From Massalongia carnosa (lineage: Eukaryota): 64,000 nucleotides of DNA. This document shows, piece after piece, positions 40,321-51,021 of this stretch (position 1 is the stretch's first letter; every line of letters begins with the position of its first letter). Position numbers and translations under genes: made by a program. Below the pieces are notes generated by a model. That model saw only the letters and a program-made list of their open reading frames with translations. It was not told where the DNA came from and did no database searches. The stretch spans positions 3,286,001-3,350,000 of the forward strand of contig OZ287068.1 of the NCBI GenBank assembly GCA_965645245.1. Direction: 5' to 3'.

Positions 40321-42180
40321 ATGGCTTGGATCGTTATCGCCTCGTCAGCTGTAATAGCTTGGATTGTATGGACAGCGATATCAATCCACGGGAATCTTCG
40401 AATTGCACGCACAATCGGGCTGCCGGTCATCATCAGCCCTGTCAATGGATTGAACCCTCTATGGATCATGACGTACAGATCCCTATCTGTTCTCCGTGCG
40501 CTCCAGTTCTTGCCGTTTGGATTAGGCACCTTTGCAAGATGTACCCGTATAGGTTGGTAATTCGATGAAAATTACGCCCTACATGAAAAGCTCGGCGATG
40601 CGTTTATAATCGTCACTCCGAGCACAAATGAAGTTGTATTAGCAAATCCTGACGCTGTCACTGAAGTGCTGAAGCATCGGAAGGAGTTTATCAAACCGGC
40701 TATAATATTCAGTACGATTCTACCCTTCTTGCTGCAGCAGTATCTGATTGGGTAATTCTAGAACAGCTCGAAATATTTGGTCCCAGCGTAGCCACGGTGA
40801 CAGCATAGCTCATAGTAATATACGTTTGACCAAAGTTGGCTAAGCGATTTAGGTCAACGGAGATACCTGGCAACGTCACCGCAAGGTTACTGCACCGTCT
40901 TTCAATGAACGAGTCAATGACTCTGTATGGAACGAAGCTATACAACAAGCTCGTGATATGTTGCACGCTTGGCTCCAGCGAAGCCAATTAGGGACTAAGG
41001 AGACTGTAGGCGATACGGCGGTACTAGCACTGCATGTACTAACCGTCGCTGGATTTGGCCTAAAGAATTCCTACGGGGATGATGTGCAGCGTTCTCAATC
41101 TGGTTTCACCCTATCATACCGAGATGCTCTCTCGCTGGTTTTGCGCAACGTGGTTCTTCTCTTCGTCGTACCTCGGAGGGTTCTCACGTTCTCTTTCATC
41201 CCGAAGCGGCTTCGCGACCTCGGCCAGGCTACTTTGGATTTCCAAAAGTATATGGAAGAGTTGCTTGCGAGAGAAAGACGGCTGATTCGTAATCGCGAAC
41301 CCGGACAAAGGAATCTGATTAGCGCTTTGGTTCGGGCTTCCGAAGAAGCGGCAGAGCTCGGGGAAAGTGTATCCATCCGAGGTCTCCAAGATGAGGAGAT
41401 TTTTGGTAATATGTTCCTTTATAACCTCGCTGGCTATGAAACGACCGCAAACACGATCGCTTATGCCATTGTACTTTTGGCCGCATATCCGCAAGTGCAA
41501 GAGTGGATCGCCGAGGAAATTGAGGCTGTTCTAGGAAGTTAAGAAAAGTCTGAGACTTGGACTTACGAAGCTGCGTTCCCCCTCTTGCGCAGATGCCTTG
41601 CTGTTATGGTTGGGTTTTCAGGTTCTATGTCGTTGTCTCAATGATCTGTGGCTGAAGTTCGCCAGTTTGAAACCCTCCGCCTTTACGGTTCCTTCGGATT
41701 CATACCTAAAACTACAGGCTCTCGTTCCCAATCCCTCTCTCTACAGAAAAAGAACTATGACCTTCCCCCCAACACCTATGTCACTATTAACACACAAGCT
41801 TACACACCGATCCCGCACACTGGAACCATAATTCCCTATCATGGCATCCGAAGCGATGGATAATCACCCCTAGCAATTCCAACCGGCAGCCTAGTGAAAC
41901 CATGCTGAAGCCAAGCAAGGGCACGTTTCTCCCCTGGGCCGACGGCCCGCGCGCCTGCCCTGGCCGCAGGATGGCAGAAGTGGAGTTCGTGGCTGTGATG
42001 GCCACCCTATTTCATCGTCATCGTGTATCGCCCGTGTTGCTGCATGGCGAGACCGCAGAAAGCGCCAAAAGCAGACTACTGCATATGGTGGATGATTCAG
42101 CCATATCGGCCGTCACGTTACAGATGCAGCACCCGAGGAATGTAGCGCTTGTATGGACGAAGGACCGAAAAGTCTGCTAA
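40321..42180 (+). pseudogene. Cytochrome P450 pseudogene
   Basis: N-terminal TM anchor, I-helix 'AGYETTA', 'ETLRLY', 'HPKRW', heme motif 'PWADGPRACPG'. In-frame TAA at 40558-40560 and 41540-41542 with the P450-like frame continuing on both sides, plus an apparent 1-nt deletion near 41800. Confidence 0.85.
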
Positions 42181-42702
42181 AAGAGGTAAAAAAAAGTACC
42201 ACAACAGTGTTTCACTTTCGCCGTGGATGCAATATATGGAAGGGGCCTTTCTTTCTAGAGCAAGACGCATCCTATTTATTGAGAATGGTGCAATGCTGGA
42301 AGTCGCAAGTAGGTAAGTTGATTAATTCTTGGTTACGGCGGAAATGCAATAAGTGTAAACAACAAAGGGAAATCCGATCGGAGGCTTTCCTGCAATAGTA
42401 ACCATTGACAGCTAATAGTAAGGACAGCAGAATAAGCCACCGCTCTTAGATACATACGCTTCAGCATAATCCACATTCAGCAGTAGTTTACTTTCTATGT
42501 CAAAAGCAAGAATCGAAGTCTAGGTCTTTCACTGTTAACACAGAATACCTTTTGAAGACTTCATCCACAGAGAAGGTTTCCAAGGCTCTTCGTAATACTA
42601 TGTAAAGCTAATAAAGATTCGCCGTCACCGAGAGTACGAGAGGCAACGATCCTTAAGCGGTGTTCACCCCAACACCCCTTTTCCATCGTGTCATCGCCTT
42701 AC

Positions 42703-43587
42703 TTAAATCCCCCGCTTACTCAGAAACTCGCGAATCTCCCCCGCAATGACCGCTCCATGGGTCTCAAGCGCGAAATGCCCGGTATCCAACAATACGACCT
42801 TCAAATCCTCGACGTCCTTCCGAAACGCCTCCGCGCCCGCCTCGAGGAAAATCACGTCATTTTTCCCCCAAATGGCCAGCACAGGAACCTTGCTCGTACG
42901 CAGGAACTCTTGAAAGCGCGGGTACAGCTTCACGTTACTTTCGTAGTCCTTGAAGAGGCCGATCTGGATGTCCGTCTGGCCCGGGCGCTGCAGGAGGGCG
43001 TAGTCGAGCCAGTACGTCTCCGGCGGCACCTGAGCTAGGAGCGTCGGGTCGCCTACGCCCGCCGTGTACTGGAACCGCGTAGTCTCGAACGTGAGCAGGC
43101 CGCGCTCGAGCGCCGTGCGGGTGTTGGCCGTGTCAGCCTTCCAGAGGGCGCGGACGGGGTCCCAGAAGGCGCCCAGGCCGGCGTCGTAGGCATTGCCGTT
43201 CTGGCTGACGATTGCGGTGACGGCGTGCGGCCGCGCGAGCGCGACGCGGAACCCCACGGGCGCCCCGTAGTCGAACACGTACACGGCGAACGTGGTGATC
43301 ATGAGCGCGTCGAGGAACTCTAGTGTCGTGTTCGTCAGCCCCGCGAAGGTGTAGTCGTAGGCGGGGGAGTCCGGCACCGTGGTGAAGCCGAAACCGGGCA
43401 GGTCCGGCGCCACCACGTGGTGCGTGCTGGCGAGCTGCGGGATCAGATTCCGGTACTGGTGCGACGAGGAGGGGAAGCCATGCAGGAGGAGGAGCGTGGG
43501 GTGCGAGGGGGAGCCGGCGGAGCGGTAGAAGACGGAGGGGCCGGAGGGGAGGGTTATGTTATGGATCTGGACGGGGGAGCCGGACAT
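42703..43587 (-). CDS. Alpha/beta hydrolase (epoxide hydrolase/dehalogenase-like, Asp nucleophile), intronless, 294 aa
   Basis: 'LLLHGFPSSSHQYRNLIP', 'APDLPGFG', nucleophile elbow 'VFDYGAP', 'SQNGNAY', 'IWGKND', 'LDTGHFALETH'. Likely start MSGSPV at 43587. Confidence 0.92.
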   Translation of the reverse strand: MSGSPVQIHNITLPSGPSVFYRSAGSPSHPTLLLLHGFPSSSHQYRNLIPQLASTHHVVAPDLPGFGFTTVPDSPAYDYTFAGLTNTTLEFLDALMITTFAVYVFDYGAPVGFRVALARPHAVTAIVSQNGNAYDAGLGAFWDPVRALWKADTANTRTALERGLLTFETTRFQYTAGVGDPTLLAQVPPETYWLDYALLQRPGQTDIQIGLFKDYESNVKLYPRFQEFLRTSKVPVLAIWGKNDVIFLEAGAEAFRKDVEDLKVVLLDTGHFALETHGAVIAGEIREFLSKRGI

Positions 43588-44879
43588 TTTGGCTGTGGGG
43601 AACAAAGCAGTCACGTATGTATGTATATCTGTATGTAGGTAGTTGGAGTGGGTGGGATGATGGATTGACTGTTTTGCGTCTTGAAACTTGGAGCGTGAAC
43701 ACCTCAGCAATCCAGTCATCTTATATACACACATCCCCAACCTCTTCTCCCACCACCACCATCTCGTTCCAAACCCCACCCCCCCCCCAACCTGGGTATT
43801 TTGCAAGTCCAAACCCCCCACCCCGCCAACTCTATTCTCTCATCTTCATTTTCCTAACCTTCCTGACTAAACCACCTAGTTACACCAGTTTTACTTACAT
43901 ACTTGCTGACAATGCACGAGAAGCAAGCACGCCCGATGCTTACAGTCGCTCCTAGGGACGCGATCTGGTTGGTAACTAAGGTTCGGTTGGGTTGGGTTGG
44001 TAGAGTTGGTAGGCTGGAGGGGGATTGCGTGATAACTAGATATATGCAGTTGGTCTGTACATGTACATATTTATATATTCCAAATACTAAACTCCCTAAT
44101 TCCTACATGTTCAATTCCAAATCATCTCTCTGCCGATGTACATACATACTCCGTACCTACTACCTGCGTATTTTTAACCAATTACCGTATGTAGCCGTAC
44201 CGGTACCGGGTACCAGCTACCAGTCCTCTTTACGGAAGTTGTATGGGTATAGTATGTACATCAGTCGGTCAGTCATGTATGTACTCGTACTTTATTGTAT
44301 ACACTGAATACTAGCTAGTTACGGTATACAACCGATGTATCGACTCCGTCAACCCTACACCCTAAACCACTGGTAAGTGTAGTGCTCGTTCGGTACTCCG
44401 CTCGTACCGAGTAAAAACGGAAAATAACCAAACTATCAGACGTCTAACCCTACCTTTGTACGGAATACGCTGTACGGAGTACAGCGTAACCATCGAATCG
44501 AAGGTTAGATTGCCCCAAGGCGGCAGGATGCGGGGCAGGATGCGACATAGATTCCAAATCTCCCCTTTCCTCTTCCTAACATCCCACGAGGTTCATGCAC
44601 CTACGAACGAATAGCTATCTACGTCTACATCTACATCGACATCGACATTTAACTATGTGAGTTATCGGCTTACTAGCTAGGTAGATATGTAGGTATGTAT
44701 GTAGATAGGTAATTAGAGCGACAGGCTGTGCGTGTCACTGAACGGCTGGAGCAGGGTGGGTTGTTGTTGGATGGTTAGTTTCCGCGAATTGGGAACAACT
44801 ATGGGCTCTTTTGCTCATTGTTGGATGGTGGATGGGTGATGGGTGATGGATGAATGAATAATAAAAGCATAAGGGACTC

Positions 44880-44927
44880 ACACGATGGATAACAGATGGA
44901 GAAACACGATGGATAACAGATGGAGAA
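44880..44927 (+). repeat. 24-bp tandem duplication
   Basis: ACACGATGGATAACAGATGGAGAA repeated twice. Confidence 0.9.
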
Positions 44928-45236
44928 TATCGACTGGCTGTCAGGTTTTCACGGCGTGCAAAAGTATTTGGAATCATCCATGCCGGCCACCGCCGCTTTG
45001 GCGAATATGAACGAATGAAGCTGCCTGCCCTCCCCGCCAACAAGAATCGAGATGGAACTCAAACCCAAATGCTAAAACTCCTCCTTCATCCGAAATCCCA
45101 AGGTCATGGCCATGTCAGCAGTCTTCCGTCGGAAACAAGCTGTAGGGCTCAAAAACCCAACACCTAACTGCTGACTTCTGAATTCGGGTCCTCGCTTTCG
45201 TCCGTCGACAACCCCACCAGAACGTTTCGTCAAGAT

Positions 45237-46851
45237 CTAGCCCCGCCAGCCCGGCGCTGAAGGTGCTCCTGAACCGCCGTATGATGCGCCCGGCTGCCCG
45301 TACCCACCCTGCTGAGGCTGCTGACCGTATCCTGGACCACCGGGGGCTCCATACCCTTGCTGGCCCGCGTAGCCAGTGTTCGGGGGCGGAGACGCATATT
45401 GGCCGGCCGCCCCAGACTGTGGATTCGGATGGCCAGAAACAGGGGGGGGAGAGCTGTAAGGATCATAACCACCCTGCTGGCCTGGGTATGGTGCATTCGG
45501 TTGAGAAGGATACGGATGCTGCTGGCCTTGGCTTGGATAGGCGCCGTAGCTGTGGTCCTGGCCGTGTGCCGGGTATGAAGGGGTTGGCTGGCCGTAGGCA
45601 GGGGTGCCGGGGCTTGACACACCGTATTGCCCAGCAGGTGCGCTAGAATAGGCGGGAGTTTGCTGACCTCCAGGGTGGGTGCTGTAAGGTTCGGGCGATT
45701 GACCGTAACCGCCCGGCGCGGATTGATAGCCGTGAGCACCAGGTTGCCCAGGTGCAGATGGATTATGTTGTCCGTAACCGCCTTGAGAGCCTGGGGTCGG
45801 TTGACCGTATTGGGATGTGGCGGGGGTGCTCTGATTGCTATGGCCAAAACTTGAATGATCATTGTATCCTGGTGCATGGCTGACGGGGGCTTGGTGGATT
45901 GATTGACTAGCCGGATTGTACTGGGCACTGGTTGAACCATACTGGCTGGAGCCATGTTGTGAGGGTGGCTGATAAGTTGCTGGTGGCGCTTGACCGGTAT
46001 ACCCGCTGCCACCGGATCCTTGTCCACTGGAAGTATAGCCATAATTATTCGTCTGGGTCTATTCCAGTTAGCAATAAGAATCGAGAAAAGAACAGTAAAG
46101 CATACCGGTGCGCCGTGCTGGCCGCCCAGGAAACTCGAAGCAAGTCCACCTAATCCGCCCTGCCCATGGCTACTCGGTTGAGCGGAACCATGTTGCTTTT
46201 GAGGCTTCCCTCCGCTCAGCAAGCTGCCAACAAGCTGTCCCGCCAACCCGCCTCCGCCGCCTCCGCCGCCTCCTCCGCCTCCTCCGCCTCCTCCATGACC
46301 ACCACTCCCGTGGGAGGCCTGCCCCCCCAAGAATGAGCTGGCGAGTCCACCTAGACCAGACTGTTTCTGAGGCTTCTTCTTTCCTCCACCTATAGCGTTA
46401 ATCGCTAGGTCCTACTCTCCCCGTCAGTAACATTTCATCCCAGTATCCGCCGTCCAAACACCTACACTCAAGAGGCTGCGATCGGCGCCCTGATAACTCG
46501 GGTCGCCGGATTCTTGCCCCCTTGTCGCTGCGCTAACTTCAGGGCCAGGAGTCCCCGTCGCCGCACCCGGGGGCTTCTGGAACGGATCCATGGCTTGCTG
46601 AGGGGTAGGATCGGGCGTGGGAACAGAAAGCGCCGGCTCAGTGGGGATATCCCATGTCGAGTGGCCGGTCGCTCGTTGCACATAGTAGTACTTTCGCGAT
46701 TGACCTTCCCACTGCGCAAGCCTAGATGGAAAGTTAGGGAGTTCTTTGTGCCACAAGCGTCAAAGCGCAGAGGCACTCACCAGCCCTCGGGGAGGGAAGG
46801 GGGCGATTGCGTAGGACCCTCTTGGGTCGCGGGCGTTGGTGGAGCGGTCAT
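45237..46851 (-). CDS. WW-domain protein with long G/Q/P/Y low-complexity tail (Wwm1-like architecture), multi-exon
   Basis: 'PSLPEGW' spliced to 'LAQWEGQSRKYYYVQRATGHSTWDIP' forms a WW domain; followed by poly-Gly and GQQGYG/PY-rich sequence ending APGWRG*. Confidence 0.85.
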
Positions 46852-48807
46852 AACTGGTATGATGCTGATGATGTACCAAGGAGATGTGGGGGGTGTTGGA
46901 GAAAGGTTCTCTGGTAAACGGGTTGACGCATGGGTGGTTATGAAAGGATGTAGAAAAAACGAAAGGAGGCGCAGGGGTCCAGTGGCTTTCTACACAGCCT
47001 CAATTGTCACGTCAACGCTGCATGACGCCTTTTATGAATCAACGATTTCAGACTTCACATCACACCTTCAGGCGGAACTCCAGCTCCTGGACAAATAGGG
47101 GCTGCTGGGATATCTAACCAATTAATATAAAACAAGCCGTTTCCTTTTTTCCCCCCCCTTCACTTAATTACCCTCTTCATCTTCACAAAAAGCCATCCCA
47201 AACCAAAAATCCCCTTACCGACTCGACGAACCCTTCCTTCCATCATCCCGATCCATCTATCTAATTATTTCCCATAAAAATCCTCCGCCTCCAACTATCG
47301 GTTATTCCATCTCTCGCCCATAATGATCCGCTCGAGCTGCTTCGAACCATGGCTCGACAAAAGCCAAAGTTTAGGGGGTTAGACCTAGAATATAGGTATC
47401 TCGGGGATGTCGTTTGGGTTTCATTTAGCCCGAGTAAATAGCGAGAGTTGGCTCATGCCGTTGAAAGTTGCCTCAATTTATTTGTTATCATGATAGGTTC
47501 GATGCCTGTTAGCGCTGGCCTAATTGTATGGTGATGGTTTGTTTTCTTTGAATTCTTCATTTAGAAGAGAAAACTTTCTATTAAGACTTTCTCGCTATCC
47601 GCTCTCAACACTCTGTTGTCTTTTTTTTTTGGTGCTCTGTACGCCGCCTTAAATCTTCCAAGAATTCTTTTCAAATAAAAACTCTCCATCGTCTGAATTC
47701 CTACATTTGTCGCTCCCACCAACCCTCGGTCGATGACATACAGTCTCTCTCAACGATGCTGCTCAACCCCCCCCTTAATAAATAGAAGAGGGGGTTTGGT
47801 ATAAGGATACATATCTAGACATATGTAACTACATCCCCATCCACCCACCCACCCACCAGTCTTCTTCTCCCCCTGCAAAAACCCCTCTTAAACAACTCCA
47901 CCACCCCCGACCCTCCTCTCTACCACTTCACCTCCACCTCTCCCCTCTCCCACCCTTCCCTCCCTCCTCATACCATCCCAAACTCCCACGCCCCAAAACC
48001 GGCAACGAAGTTCCCCGAATAAAGTCTTACCAATTCTTACCAAGTTTCACCCAAGTCTGAATAGCAGGTACCTAGTTTATCTAGATAGATAATTTTAGCC
48101 GAAAGGGGGAACGGTGGAGTTGCAATGCGGTGGGTAGTGGTTGGAAAGTTCGTGTTTAGGGAAAGGGGTCGGTTTCTGTTGAATATCCAATTCCTACCAG
48201 CACAATGAACACCTATCAGTTCAATGAACATAGCACCTACGGCTGCCCTAGATTGACAGATCATCTACGGAAACCGTAGATGCCGCATTAGGCTTAGTCC
48301 CAAGATAAGATAAGATCACCTCGCTAAGAAGGGTGACTAGTAATAGGAAAAGATTGCTGCATAGCAACTCTTCATCCTTAACATCACGGTCATACATACC
48401 TTTATTATTACATAGCCATATAGCCATAGTCATATACCTATTTCAACAGTTTCTGTATACATAGTTTAGTCATGTTGTAGAGAGAAAATCGTACTTCGAA
48501 TCTGCTCTTCGTCATTTTTACTACGTCCGCCTTCTCTGCTGTATGACCATATACACACATTTGGCGGCAGACTCGTCGCTATCTATGTACTTGGTAGATA
48601 TCGCCGCGACCTCTTTATGACCCATCTTTCTAAGAGCGCGTCGGAACTCTCCCTAAGGATAACAAGCCATGATGAGCTCCGAATCTAGATCTCATTTACA
48701 CCTTTTTCGTACAAGTTTCCTCCTGCGGAGAAATCCTTTCCATCAACGTTCCGGCGTATGTACAACTCCCATGGAGAAATCTAACATCCGGCTACACCCA
48801 CATCAGA

Positions 48808-51021
48808 TCACCATGCGTACGCCAATCCAGAAATAGAATCGTCATCGCCGTTCCAGTCCTCGTCGCCGCTGACCTCGTCGTCGAGAAAGTCGTCCTCGTC
48901 CAACTGCTCATTGGTGGGCCGCAAATTATCGATCACGACGTGAACCACGTTGCACAGGCCTTGGATGTGGAAACCTCGCTTCCCGACATCCTGAGCTTTG
49001 CTTCCGGGTTTTCCACCGGCGTCGTCATCGATGGCGGAATCCTCGCTAGAGGAACTGTAGTCAGACTCCCTCTTACGTGGCCGAATGCGACGATGTGACG
49101 GAAGACGAACGGGGAGTCCTCTAGCTTTAATAAATGGCCACACATTTTCGGTCTCATGATGTTCTTTGTCCAGTTGAGAGCACTGAGATACCCCGGCGTC
49201 CGATTGAGCCTGCGGACTAGCGCGTCCCTGTTGTTTCAACCGCGTGCTTCGACGTACCGTCGCAAGGGAAGCATACCCGGGGCTATCGCTATCTGTTATA
49301 CTTCTTGGGGCATTTCCCTTAACCTCTACATGACTAAAACGATCATTTTTTGCCATATTTTCAGTGCGTCGTGAGTGGCGTACTGGCAAAGGGCTGATAT
49401 TAAGGTGTTCTTCATTGAGATTTCCCTTGGATACCATAGTTCGACTTTTCCATGCATGAAAGGCACTGATGGATGTGAAGTGTGAGTTTGGCGAAGTAGA
49501 TGGTCGAAGAAAGACTGCCTCCAAAATAGAGGACCACTTATCCCTAAACCCAACTCGATCCCGCCAACCACTTTCCTCGAGACTAGCTTTAATCCTGAGA
49601 TGGCGTAGATCTCGCAAAGAGGCTGACGATTCCGCTAAAGAGGAAAAGAAACGCTCCGCAGTGGTGAGGTTCCACCGTCGTAAGTGCAGCAACTCGAGAT
49701 TTTGCAAGGTCCTAGGCCAAGAAGGTGTTTCATCTTCAAGGAGAAGCTTGGCAAACTGTGGATTTGTGTTGGGGTGATTGGGGTTCGTGCAGAAAGACTG
49801 GAGGCTGATCCTCAAAACTTTTAACCGAGGGCAGGAAATGGCAATTCCAGGTAGAAACGATAAGTTAAGCCGTCGGTTATTCTCCAATATGAGTTCCTGG
49901 AGGTCCTGGCCATGGGTAACTAAAAAGGGAGCAATAATATCTGATGAGATGGTCGAGCACCTCATTATCTTAAGTTGCTCCAATTGGCGGGGTAGCAAAG
50001 GAAGTAGCTGCTGGTTTACGATGTTCGACGCCATGAAGCTCAAGTGTTTCAAATGAGGCAGACTTGAGATTGCATTGGCGAGTTCGTCTTCAGTCCAGTC
50101 CTTCTCATTAAACTCAACAATGCTTAAGCTCCGCAAAGCCCTAAAAGGCAAACTGGCATGCAACTCGACAAGGTTGAGTCGCGAAACGCGAGGCATAGGG
50201 TCCGTATCCCAACTCCAACTCCGCAGAGTGATTCTGTGAGTGTCCAACGCAGTGAAAATGGACCGCTGATAACAGATTCTCGTGTTCTCACGGAAATATT
50301 GGTAACGCACGCCGTACATGTCGGTTGGCGAAACGATCTTTAGGCCCCGAAGCTGCGGTGTCAAGCTGACAAGCTTTCCAAGGTCAATACGATCGGTTTT
50401 CTTGTGTCTGAAAGCCACTATGTCTAGGTACTTTATCTTGCATCTATAGTTAGTAAATGAGCCCTTGTGCTGGGAAGCTAGAGACTTCGTCAGGTCGCGG
50501 ATGCGCGCTGTCGAGGCTAATGGGGGTGCGTAATACAAGGCCGAGAGTGCTGGCTCTGCAAACGCCCTGCATAAACAAGCACATTTCAAGAGCCAAGCGA
50601 TCGAGGTCCTCGACTCGTACTTGTACTCGCATATCCATAACGGCTCGGATGCATGGAAGAAAATGTCCGCCCAGATGTGATATGGAAGAGTTTGCCATGC
50701 TGGCACCTTGCACTCGCTCTTGATCACTACATTAGTCTGTTCCACCTTCCGAGAGGCACCCTGAGATCTCATCCTCTTTGCCGGTGTCGATCGGCCATTG
50801 AGTCTTGAGCGAGGAGTTTTGCGCTTGGTGTTTGAAGTTAAGCGTTGTGGGGATGAGGAACGACGGCGAGTACGACCACTCCATCGTGGTTCGAATGCCT
50901 CGTCAAACGTTCCATCCGAGCGAGGTTGAGTTTCATGATCTGTCGTGTCGGAGGAGGACGAGGAATCCTCCTTATACGAGACTTGTTTTTGTCCACGTGA
51001 AGCCAAAGCTTTCGCTCTCAT
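48808..51021 (-). CDS. F-box/RNI-like leucine-rich-repeat protein, 737 aa, intronless
   Basis: Long ORF with an F-box-like segment 'WQTLPYHIWADIF..CACLCRAFAEPALSALY', LxxLxL repeats, basic N-terminus and acidic C-terminus. Confidence 0.75.
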   Translation of the reverse strand: MRAKALASRGQKQVSYKEDSSSSSDTTDHETQPRSDGTFDEAFEPRWSGRTRRRSSSPQRLTSNTKRKTPRSRLNGRSTPAKRMRSQGASRKVEQTNVVIKSECKVPAWQTLPYHIWADIFFHASEPLWICEYKYESRTSIAWLLKCACLCRAFAEPALSALYYAPPLASTARIRDLTKSLASQHKGSFTNYRCKIKYLDIVAFRHKKTDRIDLGKLVSLTPQLRGLKIVSPTDMYGVRYQYFRENTRICYQRSIFTALDTHRITLRSWSWDTDPMPRVSRLNLVELHASLPFRALRSLSIVEFNEKDWTEDELANAISSLPHLKHLSFMASNIVNQQLLPLLPRQLEQLKIMRCSTISSDIIAPFLVTHGQDLQELILENNRRLNLSFLPGIAISCPRLKVLRISLQSFCTNPNHPNTNPQFAKLLLEDETPSWPRTLQNLELLHLRRWNLTTAERFFSSLAESSASLRDLRHLRIKASLEESGWRDRVGFRDKWSSILEAVFLRPSTSPNSHFTSISAFHAWKSRTMVSKGNLNEEHLNISPLPVRHSRRTENMAKNDRFSHVEVKGNAPRSITDSDSPGYASLATVRRSTRLKQQGRASPQAQSDAGVSQCSQLDKEHHETENVWPFIKARGLPVRLPSHRRIRPRKRESDYSSSSEDSAIDDDAGGKPGSKAQDVGKRGFHIQGLCNVVHVVIDNLRPTNEQLDEDDFLDDEVSGDEDWNGDDDSISGLAYAW

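Noticed and set aside
43588..43821. 78-aa N-terminal extension of the hydrolase in the ORF track
   Set aside because: Starts at a non-ATG codon in low-complexity G-rich sequence; family similarity begins at MSGSPV (43587).
45230..46330. 366-aa minus-strand ORF as a separate gene
   Set aside because: It runs through an intron and then out of frame within the WW-domain gene.
48541..48615. 5S rRNA-like start (GTATGACCATA) and a small hairpin
   Set aside because: Similarity does not extend to the conserved 5S internal boxes; it lies in the probable 3' UTR of the F-box/LRR gene.
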